From the NCBI GenBank assembly GCA_965287045.1, contig OZ336870.1:71858001-71922000 (forward strand): a stretch of 64,000 nucleotides of DNA, read 5' to 3'. Below, piece after piece: positions 36,311 through 50,410 of the stretch. How positions within the stretch are numbered: the stretch's first letter is position 1; each line of letters starts with the position of its first letter. This DNA comes from Carcharhinus amblyrhynchos. Taxonomy: Eukaryota. Both the position numbers and the translations under genes were made by a program. The notes under the pieces were generated by a model. The model did no database searches, had not been told where the DNA came from, and saw only the letters and a program-made list of their open reading frames with translations.

Positions 36311-38984
36311 ATGAACTGTTTTACGACAGCTACTGATCTAAAAAGGAGCATGTCTTCTTTGCTCTGCTTCTATTACACTTGACCACTGGAGCTGTGGAGA
36401 CGCTTTACTTCTTCAGTCTCACCTGGCTTGATCAGTACGGTCAGGCGAGACAGGCACTTTTGAATTTAAATGTAGGTGTAATCTGCCATTTGGAGGAAGT
36501 TACTGGCCATTCAGTTTTCTTTAATGAACACCACCCACTGATTTTCTGAGAATATGAAAACAATTTTCCAGTTTACCTTGGGCAATCTCTGCCTCATTGC
36601 ATTAACTTCCAAATCTGGAATTTTAGTCCCTGTTTGATGTTTCTCCTTTTCGAGCACTGAAAATTGAACTCATAATAATATTATGATCATGATTAGACTA
36701 ATTTTTACAGACCATTAGGCTTTTAAATAAATGTGGCTCAAGACTCATTGCTAACTCTAATGTGGTCTGCTCTCTTGTTGGTCTTCAGACATATTGCTGC
36801 AGAAAATGATCCCAAGCATAGTCAAAAAGTTCTTTGTCTTTCTGATATGTTATTTGTGTATCCCAATCCATTTTGAAGGTATAATCTCCCAGTAAATTAC
36901 TCTGCCTTTACTACATTATTGCATAATTTCTGCATTTACAAACTACCATTGCAAAGCTGCTACTGAGACATATACACCACTACCAGTACAGTCTCAAACC
37001 CTTTTCTATTTCTTAATTCTACACACATAGTACTGGATATTCACTCTCGAGTCAACTGCGCAGTCAGGAAAATTTCCAATTCTGCGAACCCGACTCTTGA
37101 ATAAATGCCCCGGGAGTTCAGATTTTCATTCCAGGGACCTGGGTTTAATAGGTCCCTGCAGAGTTGGGAGGCAACCACAGGATCTGTTGAATGTGGAGGT
37201 GTGTTGGATGAATAACCTGCCTCAATGCTCAGGCATTTCCTCTCAGCTGTGAAAAAAATAACAGCCCTCCATCACTCAGCCTTGCACTGCTTCATCCCCC
37301 CTATATACTTCCATGCCCCATTCATGCCAACCCATATCATATAATTCCACCACCACACCCCCATGAGTCATCATACCTTCCCTGCCAACCTATGGTCCTT
37401 CATACACCTCCCTATGCCCCATTCCCTCCATGCCAACATATATAATGCCATATGCCAAACTATGCCTCTCTATCCACCCTATTATACCTCACACCTTCCA
37501 TGCTGACCTATGTTGCTCCCCCATTCCTGCCCCTTTTCAGTCCCGATGCCAACTTAGTGCCAACTCTTGTTAACCCATGCCTTCCTCTCCAAAAGTGTCC
37601 TCTACATCTCTAATGCGCCCCAAATAAGGTTAGAACTTCTTATACCAGGTTTAATGTGTTCAAATCATATTTCCTGCTCCCTTCTCGATTAGGTCAGACC
37701 AAAGGTCCGAACCATGATGTCCAAAGTTCGACCTACTCCATCCCCTGCCCCTTGTGAAAATTGCAGCATTGTTCCAAGGTGGGAGTTCTGGTTTCAGTGT
37801 CATGATGCTATTTTCATAAAGATGGACAATCTTTCATCTGTGTGAAAATTCAGGCCATTGGGATTGCACTCCTTGCTTACCACTTGTTATACCCCTTCTT
37901 CTCAGCAAAATGTTTTCACTCTATATTACTAATGCTATTCCCCCGCTCTGTTATTTCCCTATCTTTCCTCACAACTTTATAATCTGGTATTCTTGTTTTC
38001 GAGTCCTGATTTTCCAGTGGCTGAGATATGGGTCAAAATCGCATTCAAGGCATTCAATGTTGCAAACATGGATACAATTAAAATTAAAGGCAAAAATTCA
38101 AAAAGCTATATAGTCTGAAGCTCAGCTCAGAGCCAATTACAACAATAAATGGACATGCATTATACACTGTGTTGCGTTAGAAGGATTTGTTCAAACGTTT
38201 TTCATGATTTAATTGTGATGATAGATTTAGATGATTGTAGCTATGCATAATCACTTAAAGGCCCGCAAAGTTGGTTAAGGACTTTAGATGGGAAGGCAAT
38301 AAACACCTAGGAGATTATGAAAAAGCATGCTCTTACATACATATTTCAGGCAGCCACTCAGTTTAAGAAATTGTTGGATAGCATTGCCCAGCAGCTTTCC
38401 CCAGGTCTATCATCTGTCTCTGTATTTGGAGACATCTCCTCTGGCTGGTACTGACAGCATTCACCAATTCATCCACCCGCACCCCCGCTCACCCCTGCAA
38501 GACTTTCTGTTACTTTACTTTTCTCAGTACGGGGCTCCAGAACAACCCCCTTTTGCCTCACATCTTCCAGCATAACTTTCATTGCAACATCTGTGAACTT
38601 ATGGAGATATGGGTGAGAGCACTCCATTTTTCAAGAGTTGTCAGCAGCCCTGAAACATCTGCCTCGCTCTTGGAAACAACAATGCATCCTTTTTATATGT
38701 CTGTTGGAATTTTTATCAGCTATGGTCCACATTTGAGGACTCCAACAGGCAGTCTGCATGGAATTGTTCATTTATTCAAATTTTGAATATTAGAAGTGAA
38801 ATGCTGCTCGAATACAACCGACAGTAGCACATTTCCACCTGATTTACATGTAATGAGGAATTTAAACACTTAACAACTCTCCTTTGTCATCAACGTGTTT
38901 CCACAACATATTTCTTTGTGAAGAGAAAGAAATATTCTCTTTATTGTTTTTCTAATGACAGGCATTCAACAAAAGGGCTTTTTA

Positions 38985-39295
38985 ACAATTCACTCAGTGA
39001 ATGTGGGCTTCACTGGGCAGCATTCATTGCCCATCCTAATTGTCCTTAAGAACGAGGTGGTGTGCTGCCTTCTTGAACCACTGCAGTCCATGTGCTGTCG
39101 ATGCACAGTCAGTGCTGTTGGGGAGAGAGTTCCAGGATTTTGACTCAATAACAGTGAAGGTACGGTGATATATTTTGAAGTCAGGATGGTGAATGACTTG
39201 GAGGGGGACTTTCAGATGGTGGTGTTTCCATGTATCTGCTGTCTTTGTTCTTCTAAATGTAGTGATCTTGAATTTGGAAGATTGTTTGCCCAGCA
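38985..39295 (-). mobile_element. LINE 3' end (CR1/L2 group)
   Basis: SKSWNSLPNST..GLQWFKKAAHH followed by ggatgggcaat. Confidence 0.7.
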
Positions 39296-39319
39296 ATAAT
39301 AATTTCCATTCATGTCGAA

Positions 39320-39638
39320 TGGCGTGATGGCGCAGTGGTTAGCATTGTTGTCTCACAGCAGCAGAGACCCAGGTTCAATTCCAGCCTCCGGTTACTGTCT
39401 GTGTGGAGTTTGTACATTCTCGGTGTATCTGCGTAGGTTTCCTCTGTGTGTGCTCCAGTTTCTTCCCACAGTCCAAAGATGTGTGGGTTAGGTTGATTGC
39501 CATGATAAATTGACTCTAGTGTCATGGGATTAGCAGGGTAAATATGTGGGGTTGCAGGAATGGGGCCTGTGTGGGATTGTGGTTGGTGCAAACTCGTTGG
39601 GCCAAATGGCCTCCTTCTGCACTGTAAGGAGTCTATGA
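39320..39638 (+). mobile_element. HE1-like SINE
   Basis: tggcgcagtggttagca..ggttcaattcc..gggccaaatggcctccttctgcactgta. Confidence 0.9.
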
Positions 39639-40261
39639 AACAACAAACTTTAATGTAGGTTGATTTATAACAAGATGTCCTGCAATATTGTATGAAATGG
39701 AAAGCATGTAAGACAAATTGCTTCCACCATGAGGCCCCAATAAGTCACTCAGATTTGTTACTTTTCATAGGTGATAATCAAAGCAGATGGACTTCAGACC
39801 CTCCCAAGATGCTCAGAGGAAATATGTTCTATTCTTACACCATTCAGTTGCCTGCACATACTCATATTGTTTTGCTCTTTTTTCCATGCATGGTTGGACT
39901 CTTACATGTTATCAATGTACTAACCCATGCCATGCCATGGGTCCCATGATATGCAACCCCTTATCGTTTGAAAACATCAGCATTACTCACGTTTGTTTTC
40001 TGACCAAATGCTAAAGGAAAGCATGCTGGAATTCTTGGATCAATTGATCAATTTTCCAATATGCTAGCCAGTGAGGTTTTAATTCCCACTTATTATAGGC
40101 CTCAGGCAAAATTCCAATTCAAAGGTTAAAATGTAGGCACGTTGTATAGTCTTCTCATTGTTATGATGGGCTACCTCAAGCAAATCAATGAAATCTATCT
40201 GCTTCTGAGTGTGTCTCAATTGGATTGGGTTTTCCTACATTTACTTTCAAATTCTCATATT

Positions 40262-40500
40262 GATTTTCAAATTCCTATATAGCAGTTCCCTTTCGTTGTA
40301 ACCTCCTCCAACCCACAGCCCTCTGAGATATCTACTCTCCTCCAATTCTGGCTTCTTGTACACTCCCAATTAGAATTGCTCGACCATTGGTTGACTAAGC
40401 CTCCATCACTGGAATATCACCCCCTACACCTCTGTCTTTCTACCTGTTTCCCTTCTTTAAGACAATCTTTTCCTTTTTGACAAATCCTTTTGGCCATCTG
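40262..40500 (+). mobile_element. L2-like 3' fragment
   Basis: ttttcaaattcct..tgtaacctcctccaacc..ctcctccaattctggcttcttg..ttctttaagaca..ttttggccatctg. Confidence 0.55.
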
Positions 40501-40917
40501 ATTTAGAGCGGGTTCTCCAACCTCACTGTGCCATTAGTAAATTCTGTCGATGTTGGAGAATAGCGTGCAAAATTAAAAATCAATGGGGTTTCCCATTGAC
40601 TGCTCACCGTGCCATTGGGAAACCTGCAGCCGGAATGCATTCTTCCCGGGACCAGAGATCCCAACAGCATGAACACTAGGAAATTCTGGCTTTTGTCAGT
40701 TTTTGGGAAAATTCTGCCCAATTTTTTAAAGAGTTTCTCCTGTGCGACCAAGAGCCTAAGACTAGAGATTCTCATCAATTCAATTAATTTCCCATTGATT
40801 GCAGTTTGGTGAGGCAGCCCCTCAAACGGACTGTAGAATCGCTGACAGCAATATTTGGATTTCCATGTTATTTGGTGCATGCACACACTTCAGAATTTGC
40901 TGTCAGTTTTAGTGGAA

Positions 40918-42338
40918 TAAGAACATAAGAAATAGGAGCAGGAGTAGGCCATCCAGCCCCTCGAGCCTGCCCCGCCATTCAATAAGATCATGGCTGATCT
41001 GTCGTGGCTCAGTTCCACATTCCCGCCCTCTCCCCATAACCCTTAATCCCCTCGCCTATCAAAAACCTATCAACCCGCGTCTTAAATATATTTAACGAGG
41101 CAGCCTTCACCACTTCAACGGGCAGAGAATTCCAGAGATTCACCACCCTTTGAGTGAAGAAGTTCCTCCTCAACTCTGTTCTAAACTGCCCCCCCTTTAT
41201 CTTGAGGCTGTACCCTCTAGTCCTACAGTCCTTTCTGAGCGGGAAGAGCCTCTCCACCTCTATCCTATCCATCCCATTCATCATCTTATATGTCTCAATG
41301 AGATCTCCCCTCATTCTTCTAAACTCTAACGAGTACAAGCCTAGTTTATTCAGCCTCTCCTCATAGTTCAACCCCCTCAACTCCGGTATCAGCCTGGTAA
41401 ACCTTCTCTGCACTCCCTCCAAGGCCAAAATATCCTTGCGTAAGTGCGGCGACCAAAACTGCACACAGTACTCCAGCTGCGGCCTCACCAGTGCCCTATA
41501 CAGCTGCAGCAAGGCCTCCCTACTTTTATATTCAATCCCCCTCGCTATGAAGGCCAGCATCCCATCTGCCTTCCTGACCACCTGCTGCACCTGCAGGCTG
41601 GGTTTTTGCGACTCATGCACAAGGACCCCGAGGTCCCTCCGCACCGTCGCCTGCTGCAGTTTTTTGCCACGTAAGTAATAGTCCTTCCTACCATTATTCC
41701 TACCAAAGTGGGCAACTTCACATTTGCCAACATTAAATTCCATTTGCCAGTTCCTGGCCCATTCACCCAGCCTATCTAGATCCTTCTGCAGACTCTCCAC
41801 ACCCTCCGCGCAATTTGCCGTTCCACCAATCTTGGTGTCATCAGCAAATTTCGACTCCATACACTCGGTTCCCTCCTCCAGATCATCTATATAAATGGGA
41901 AATAGCTGAGGCCCCAGCACCGACCCCTGGGACACTCCACTAGTCACCAACCGCCAATCCGAATAGCACCCATTGACCCCCACTCTCTGCCTCCTATTTG
42001 ACAGCCAATCCCCTATCCACGCTAACACCCTAACCCCCAACTCCATGCCCCCTGACCTTCTGTAATAACCTCTTGTGAGGCACCTTATCAAACGCCTTCT
42101 GAAAATCAAGAAAGACCACATCCACCGGCTCTCCTCTATCCACCGCCCTAGACACATCCTCATAGAACTCCAATAAATTCGTCAAACACGACTTCCCCTT
42201 AACGAAACCGTGCTGCGTCTGCTCTATCAAACAATCCTCCTCAAGATGCCTCGCTATTTCCTCCTTGATGACGGATTCTAACATTTTACCTACAACAGAC
42301 GTTAAACTAACCGGCCTATAATTCCCTGCCTTTTGCCT
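40918..42338 (-). mobile_element. Young CR1 LINE, 5'-truncated, one frameshift
   Basis: ORFs 42030..42350 (AGNYRPVSLTSVVGK..DFQKAFDKVPH) and 41009..42163 (FADDTK..GYGERAGMWN); very close to 4332-5680. Confidence 0.97.
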
Positions 42339-43582
42339 GTGAATACTCACAGTTTCACCATCATTACCATTGCAAAATAGTTAAAATACTTACTGGTTAT
42401 GCATATTTCAGCATAACTGAAATACCTTCAGTCAAGGAAAAACTATATTTTTTGATAATTTCAGCCACCATTGTGACAACATTCTCACACTTGATGCTTA
42501 AAAAATATTCAACAGCTAAACATACAATATCCAAAGTGAAAGATCCCAAGGTTCCAGTACACTAGACTTTACTCAGAAACTCTCAGTGTTTGAAAGTATT
42601 CCTGCAGAGATATTCTGAAGTGTTATTCCATATAAGTACCAAGTCAATTCCATTGCTATGGTAACAGCAAACCAGAACCTGTCCATCAGCAAATTCACAG
42701 AATGCAAACGTGATTGTCAAGCAATATTGCAACAGGAATACTGTGAAATGTCCCATTCTTGTTAAATCAGTCTGAATAATAATCTATTAAAATAATTCTG
42801 ATGGAGAGCCAGTTTTCTAGGAAAAAAGGCAACTCAAAATAAATTTGATCGCAAGGTCAACTCTCAATATCTTTAAGTGTTTTGATCTCAGTTCTTCAAA
42901 TTCTAATCCACCCACGCTAACCATAAAAACACTTTTCCTTTGACAAGTACACAACGTGCTGGAATTTAGTTTCCCCTGATAAATTAATTACCTTTAGGGT
43001 TATAAAAGGGTATGATTGTTGCATGTTGGTGCCCCGCATGCTACTAGCTCATGTGTGCGAGAAAGTACAAGTTTATGCACAAACTTAGGCCCCAGATGGT
43101 GGAACAAAGGTGAGAGGAGAGGCCCAATAAAATACTGGGGAGTCAGTTCAACTGCTTTTGTACAGACAGGCAGCCAATATTTCATGATTAATAGCTGAAT
43201 TAAGGATGATCTTCCTAGGTTGTTGGTATTTTGCCAGTGACACAGTGGTTTTCTCGCCTCCCATATGGAGGTGGACTCCCAGTAGTTTCTTGCGGGATGC
43301 CTTTGCAGATGGTCTGGCATAATGAGGGAGCCCCTACAGCTGTAGGACCCACAGCAGCAACATTACCGCTGGAGGAATTTTCCCCTCCATTTCCCAGGCA
43401 CTGCCTGCTTGGCCCATGCAAAAATGTATTTATTGCTCACTGTTCTGTGGGCCAAAATGAAGGTACCCTTACATCCTCCTGCTACCTCAGCAGCAAATTG
43501 GTGATGATGTGGAGGCTCCAATTGGACTGCTATCCATAATTGGTCACCTACCCCACCTGGCAGCTCCTAATTTCCTCCTCTT

Positions 43583-44130
43583 GAATTGATTTAATTTGAT
43601 TTATTATTATCACATGTATTGGGATATAGTGAAAAGTATGGTTTCTTGCATGCTATACAAACAAAACATTCTGTTCATAGAGCACATAGTGGAGAAGAAA
43701 AGAATAAGATGCAGAATATAGTTTTGCAGTTACTGAGAGGGAAAGGAAAAAGATCAGCTTAATATGTGACAGGATTATTCAAAATTCTGATGGCAGCAGG
43801 GAAGAAGCTGTTCTTGAGTTGGTTGGTACGCATTTTCAGACTTTTGTATCTTTCTCCCAACAGAAGAATGTGGAAGGGGGTATTTCGGGGCTGTGTGGCG
43901 TCCTTGATTATGCTGGCTGCTTTTCCGAGGCAGCAGGAAGTGCAGATGGAGTCAATGGATGAGAGCTTAGCTTGCATGGTGGACTGAGCTGCATTCACAA
44001 CTTTTTGTAGCTTCTTGTGTTCTTGGTCAGGACAGGAACCATACCAAGCTGTGGTACAACCAGAAAGAATGCTTTCTATGGTGCATCTGTAAAATTGCTG
44101 ACAGTCGGAGAGGACATGCCAAATTTCCTT
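43583..44130 (-). mobile_element. Rex1/Babar-like LINE 3' fragment
   Basis: AAQSTMQAKLSSIDSICTSCCLGKAASIIKD..LKNSFFPAAIRILN. Confidence 0.75.
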
Positions 44131-45752
44131 CTTGGCAATATCACGAGGGAAGTTCTGCCTCTCAACCTAATGTGCCTGCCACCCAAAAACCACCCCAGCA
44201 ACTCCACCTTAGATTTTATAGAGGGCACTCAATTTTCCTTGCAAAGCTTAAAGGTTAAAGCATGGCTAGGCAGGAAAACAGTATTTCATGTGGTCTCAAA
44301 ACCTTAAGAACTATGTCTCAATTTTTATGAGAGCTGTCTTTACTGTTCGCTGTAACATCAGCAGAAATCCCTGAGAAATGGAATGTTAGAGTCATTGGTA
44401 ATATTCTGTCAATATCCCTATGGAAGTTTTATTGTCCATTGATCTGTTGGACTATTATAAAATTGCTTTAGTTGACAAGAACATATGAAAGAATTTTCAT
44501 GTGACCTTCCCAATTACCCATCGTAACATCAGCAGGAACCTTGAAGAAGCAACACACATAAACGCTGAGAACCTATGGAGAGGCACAGTGGCAAGACAAA
44601 ACTAATTTTGTAGGATTTCCAAATAGTTTTACTAAGTTATGTCAAATGATCAGGAGTCCTCTGAATTTGTCTGGGTCATGACCTTGGCACATAAACTGAA
44701 ATTATTCCTCATGTTGTCTTCCACTACTGATGGGCTGCAGTGGAGGAATGGCAGGGATCTAATCTGCTTGAGGATTGAGTGGCTAAGGATGCATCTTTAT
44801 GTCTACATTGTCAAATATGTGGAGAATGCTATTTTCATTTTTTAATGTAATTTTAAGTCTGGGTTGAGGCAAATTATGGCACCAGGTGTCTTCTGTATCA
44901 GGGTTCAACTTTAAAACTTGTAGAAGACCCCTCCCTCATATCTTAAGGAGACTAAAGGCAAACCCAGTCTGGACAGAATCCACTTACATCCTCCTTCATG
45001 ACCCCAGTATGCTCAACTCACTAGTAGTCACATCATACGTTTGTATGCCTCAAGTATGATTACATCATTTCTTTGGAACCCAGAAAAGTGGAATTCCTAC
45101 TGTAGAGGCTCTTTGATCTTCATCCTTGGCCTTGCCTTCTTTGTGTAATGGGTCTCCTTTTGGTATTGGCAGAGGCATCACCTCCCAAAAAGGCCACTGG
45201 AAACTCAAATGTAAAGCCCGTTGTTTTTGGCTTGACAGTACGTGGGGCTTTCCATTGGATTCTTGCCAGTGGGTGGCAGGTGCTTGCCCAGGGGGCTGTG
45301 GACAGTTGTGGTAAAGCAACTGAACAGTTTCAAGCCCTCGGTGTTTATTATTGTTAATTAAACATTTCTTATGAAGCTGCAAGATCAGCTGCTCAGAGAT
45401 GTTCTGAGATCATGAGACCAATTTACCCCAGGACATTTGTTTGAAACAACAAACTGCTAATCTAAAGACATTAAATCTGAAAAGACAATTTATTGACCTT
45501 TTGCCTTCCAGGGTGAATGGAATTTAGCCAACAGACTGAAACACAAAAATGTAAGAAATTATAGAAACAGTCTACCTAATTTCAAAAACTGATACTTGTC
45601 AATTGCCCACTCCCTCAATTATTGATCAGAATTTTTCCATACTTCTTACCTTCAGAGCTTCCCTATCTTGTGTGCAAAGTATTTTCATATAAACTTTCTG
45701 TGCTCCTACCTTCTTCAAAGTGTGATCATCTAATCAGGGTACAATTTGTGTA

Positions 45753-45837
45753 ATCAATTAGTAATCCTTAATACAAAGTGTAGATCAATTAATACAAAGT
45801 GTGGATCAATTAGTAATCCTTAATACAAAGTGTGGAT
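45753..45837. repeat. Local tandem repeat, units 31/21/31 bp
   Basis: atcaatt(agtaatcctt)aatacaaagtgt(a/g)g three times. Confidence 0.85.
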
Positions 45838-46025
45838 GAAGTTAATTGAGCATTTTACAACTAATGACTTATGGCTGATGACACTAATTTGGTTTTTTCA
45901 AATTGTGCCATTATACAGTAAATAATGCACTCTTACAATGTGTTACTTGCTGATGGCAAGGAAACAAAAAATCCAAAATAAATTAATGCACCCGTAAATT
46001 TAGGAATGTTTTTATTGTAAACTGT

Positions 46026-46352
46026 AGAATCACAGAATCCCTACAGTGCAGAAGGAGGCCATTTGGCCCATGGAGTCTGCACCAGCCCTGACAGAATATC
46101 TTACTCATGCCCTCTCCCTATCCCAGTAAGCCCATGCATTTATCATGGCTACTCCATCTAACCTACACATCTTGTGGCACTAAGGGGCAAGTTACCTTGG
46201 CCAACCCACATAACCTACACATCTTTGGTCGAGGGTAGGGAGGAAACCCAATCTGGCACGGGGAGAATGTACAGACCCCACACAGACAGTCACCAAGCTC
46301 AGAATTGAACCTGGGTCCCTGGAGCTGTGTAGCATCAGGGCTAAACACTCTG
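46026..46352 (-). mobile_element. HE1-like SINE
   Basis: agaatccctacagtgcagaaggaggcc..cacacagacagtcacc..gaacctgggtccctggagctg. Confidence 0.88.
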
Positions 46353-46556
46353 CCAGAGGAATAGCTTTGACAAAGTGATTTTAAATTTTTAATATTTGCT
46401 TTCAGTCTACGTCAGTACCTTTTCATTCGGTGGACAAAATGGCACGAAATAAAATGCAGAATGATTCAGTGATCCCAGATCTCTGTTTGTAGGATCACCT
46501 TTCGTGTCTCCAGAAGACTTGTCGTTCATTGTTTATTTTTCATCTTTTGAAGTGGT

Positions 46557-46871
46557 CAGCCAGCATAATTAAGGACCCCATGCACCCTGGACATTCTCTC
46601 TTCCACCTTCTTCCATCAGGAAAAAAGTGCAAAAGTCTGAGATCATGTACCAATGGACTCAAGAACAGCTTCTTCCCTGATGCTGTCAGACTTTTGAATG
46701 GACCTACCTTGCATTAAGTTGATCTTTCTCTACACCCCAGCTATGATTGTAACACTACATTCTGCACTCTCTCCTTTCCTTCTCTATGTACGGTATGCTT
46801 TATCTGTACAGCATGCAAGAAACAATATTTTTTACTGTATGTTAATACATGTGACAATAACAAATCAAATC
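46557..46871 (+). mobile_element. Rex1/Babar-like LINE 3' fragment
   Basis: ASIIKDPMHPGHSLFHLLPSGK..LKNSFFPDAVRLLN; tail caaatcaaatc; close to 22600-22917. Confidence 0.78.
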
Positions 46872-46873
46872 AC

Positions 46874-47173
46874 TGTTATTTGAATGTAACCAATGATAAT
46901 ATTGGATCTTCTGTAATGTAACCTATGATAACATGCTGTGAGGGGTCAGCTGACCAGATAGACAATGTAACCAATGACAAAATGATGGGGTGATCAGCTG
47001 ACCCAGTATGAACAAGAAGCAGTTTGGGGATTGTATGGAGTTTGTATGGTCTAGAGTGTGATGGCAAACATTGGAGTAATGAAGTTTCTTTATTAAACCT
47101 TTTCTCTGATTTATTTACAGAAGTAAGTTCTTTTTTAGCTTGCAACTGAAGAATTCCTTCTGCTGGATGAATA
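46874..47173 (+). repeat. 5' LTR
   Basis: Begins TGTTA; colinear with 51963-52227; ends ..cttctgctggatgaata. Confidence 0.88.
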
Positions 47174-47174
47174 T

Positions 47175-47187
47175 TGGTAGCAGAGGA
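47175..47187 (+). promoter_or_regulatory. Primer-binding site complementary to initiator tRNA-Met 3' end
   Basis: TGGTAGCAGAGGA, 1 nt after the LTR end. Confidence 0.9.
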
Positions 47188-50067
47188 AAACCCATTGTAA
47201 CTTGGTATTTGTTTTTGAAGAAGTGCTACAGATGCAGGATATAGCCATGCAGAAGGTAGAAGGAAACTAACGTTGTTTGATTGCCTTTTCAGATGCTGAA
47301 CCATATTGGCAATGGCAGGCAGAAGTGGAAATGTGGACTCTTATCACCACAATACTGAGGAAAAAGCAAGGCATGACTCTGACTCTGTCACTTCTGATAA
47401 GGAGCAAAGTGTTTTTTGAGTGGACTATAGATGCCCTAAATAAAGAAGGGTTAAATCTCCTGCTCTGATATTTAGATACATTTTACCAAAAAGATGAGTT
47501 TTTCAACAATTATGAAAAATGGGTGGTGTTTAACAGGATTAGAAGACAAGAAAACCAATGCATGGGGGAATATATCATGGACTTTGATTGGAGCTGTCAC
47601 AAGCTAATGAAATTTAATTTGGAGATTCCATATGCAGTATTGGCCTTTAAATTGTTGGACTGTGCATATCTGTTGCAGATGATAGTCTTCTAGTAATGAC
47701 TGGAGTGCAATTAAGGGAAATGGAGTGCCTCTTTGATCAAATTACAGCATCATTAAAGTTTTTTAGGAAACAATTGTTCCCTGCCACTTTTTTCAATTCT
47801 GATCAGAATGCCATAGAACTCAGAATAGAGGATTTGATAGCTCAGCTGTGTGCCAGACCTAACGGTACATGAAGACCTTTAAACAGAAACAGTTACACTA
47901 ATAATAGACCTGATGTTGAAACTGGATATAACTGATTTGATAATGGGGAAAGTAATAAAAGATGTTTAAATTGAAGAAATGCTAAAGGGATTGCAAATTG
48001 CTGATTCCAATGCAATTTCCCCATATCACAATATAGTAAACAGTCCGAAAAGAAGAAATTGTGTCTTTGAAACTACACATGACACAGAGTATGTAGAAAC
48101 TGCTGTTGACGAAGATAAGGACCATGAAGGCATCGTTTTGGTCACAGAAAAGTTGAGCCCTATAATAAGTGTCCTCATGGTAGACTCTTTCACCTGTGCT
48201 GTTTTAGATAATGAATGTACATCCACTGTCTGTGGGGAAGATTGGCTAAATTGGTGTTTAAGGGCTCTTGATCATAAAGAATGAAAAAATATGATAGTTC
48301 CACCTGTTTTAGATTTGGAGATGATAATACTTTAACATCTTCCCAAAGGGTGGTACTTCCCTGTGGGATTGCAGGAACAGCTTGTTCAAGAGTACAGATG
48401 TGGTTTCTGGACATACCTTTGTTATTAAGCAGGTCTGCAATTGAAAAAAGCCCAGATGACTATTGATTTGAAACATGATAAAGTGGTGATATTTGAGAAA
48501 AAGTATATACCTACATTTTACAAGATCGGGCCATTATTGTTTCAAGCAGACCAAAGGATTCATGATGCAATAGCGTTGTGTACAGACAACAGCATAATGG
48601 ATAAAAAGAAGATTGTTTTGAAACTTCATAAGCAGTTTGTTCACAGACCAAGACACTGCTGCAGGATACAGGTGTGCTAGACAAAGCATATAATACTCTC
48701 ATAGAATAAATATCAGCCCTGTGTGAAATCTGCATAAAACATAGACTCACATCCAGTTGTGAGTCTACCATTAGCACAAGATTTCAATGATGTAGTGGCA
48801 ATGGATCTGAAGATGAGGGATAAGGCAAAGGTGTCTATTCATTACACTTTGTGGACATGGCCATCCAGTTTAGCATACCTACAGTGATTTATGGCAAAGA
48901 TAAAAAGATTGTGGATAAAATTATGACCCATTCGATTGGAACAGGATTGGGGGCACCATCTAAATTCTTGACGGACAATGGGGATACATTTGCAAATGAT
49001 GAATTTCAAGACGTGTGTGAAAATTTAAATATTGTAGTAATGCACACGGCAGCAGAAAGCCCATTCAGTAATGGCCCTGTGAAAGGAATCACGCATTATA
49101 GATGATATGCTGCATAAATAGATCAGGCATTACATATATGCTGCATTTTACATGACATGCTACATTTTGGTGGATCAACCAGGCTGCAAATTTCAGATTG
49201 AATTAACATAAGCAGTGCACACAAAAACTTTGCTGCAAATGGTGGGGGGCTATAGTCTGTATCAGTTGATACACGGGAGGAACCCAAAACTACCGTCAAT
49301 GTTGATAGATGCTCCTCCCGCATTAGAAAGGACAAGCATGAGATCAGTTTTGTTTCTGCACGTCTAAATGCATGCAAGAAGAAAGGCCTTCATTATGGTT
49401 GAGGTTTCAGAATGGATAAGACAAGCCGTAAGGCATCGCATAAGACCGTCGGGGGTACATTTCGCAAAAGGTGGTATGGTCTACTATAAAAGAGTAGGAA
49501 GGACCCATGAAAGTGAAGGGATAGATGGCAAGACATCCCTTCTCAAGACGATAACCAAACAGTGTGAGCCCACTCTTCAAGAGTTATGGGAATTGATTAT
49601 GAATTTGGAACATCTGAACAAGATGTAGAAATACAAGGAGCACCTTTGTACCTCACATATACACACCTTGAGCAACTGTGATGATCAGACAGCTATAGAT
49701 GAGAAGAAATTTGATGATCAGCTAAGTAACAATGAGACAGCGGATGAAGCCATTACTTCAAAGATTCAGTTACCCAAAGTGGGCACAACGGTATCATTAA
49801 TACCTGAAGGGGCAAGTGAGTGGAAGGATGCCACTATAATCGGAAGAGCAGGAAAAGCCTCAGGAAAGTATAAACACTGGTTCAATATCCAAGGGCAAAA
49901 AACGAAAGCTGTAGATTGGAAAGATGGAAGCCAAAAAAGCGAGACCCATGTTCTGGGGATGAGACAGTGAGTAATTGTGAACCCTGGAAAATGTCACGAA
50001 TTTGTGACCAAAGTTGTGTTAACAGAGAACAGCAGTCTGAGTGTAGCAACCCTGACAGGAACTGACA

Positions 50068-50410
50068 TAGATAGAATCTTACAGTGCAGAAAGAGACCCT
50101 TCGGCCCATCGAGTCTGCACCGACCACAATCCCACCCAGGCCCTATCCCCACATCCCTATATATTATACCCACTAATCCCTCTAACTTACACATCCCTAG
50201 ACACTAAGGGGCAATTTCTTAGCATGGCCAATCAACCTAACCCGCACATCTTTGGACTGTGGGAGGAAACCAGAGTACCAGGAGGAAATCCATGCAGACA
50301 CGAGGAGAAAGTGCAAACTCCACACAGACAGTGACCCGAGCTGGGGAGTGAACCCAAATCCCTGGAGCTGTGAAGCAGCAGTGCTAACCACTGTGCTACC
50401 GTGCCGCCCC
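50068..50410 (-). mobile_element. HE1-like SINE inserted in the copia element
   Basis: Full tail, core and head between integrase and RT; close to 56398-56726. Confidence 0.92.

Larger units (their letters stand above)
29490..37050 (-). mobile_element. Very old CR1 LINE scattered by later insertions
   Basis: 3' part 29490-30130; MLKFANDTKI at ~30390-30415; ORF 31922..32182 (ENEEIMDILKNYFA..KMMTLKTDK); possible endonuclease remnants 36550-37050. Confidence 0.55.

Noticed and set aside
46407-46493. Possible exon after a pyrimidine tract and ttcag acceptor
   Set aside because: Short frames, no recognisable protein, no clear donor.
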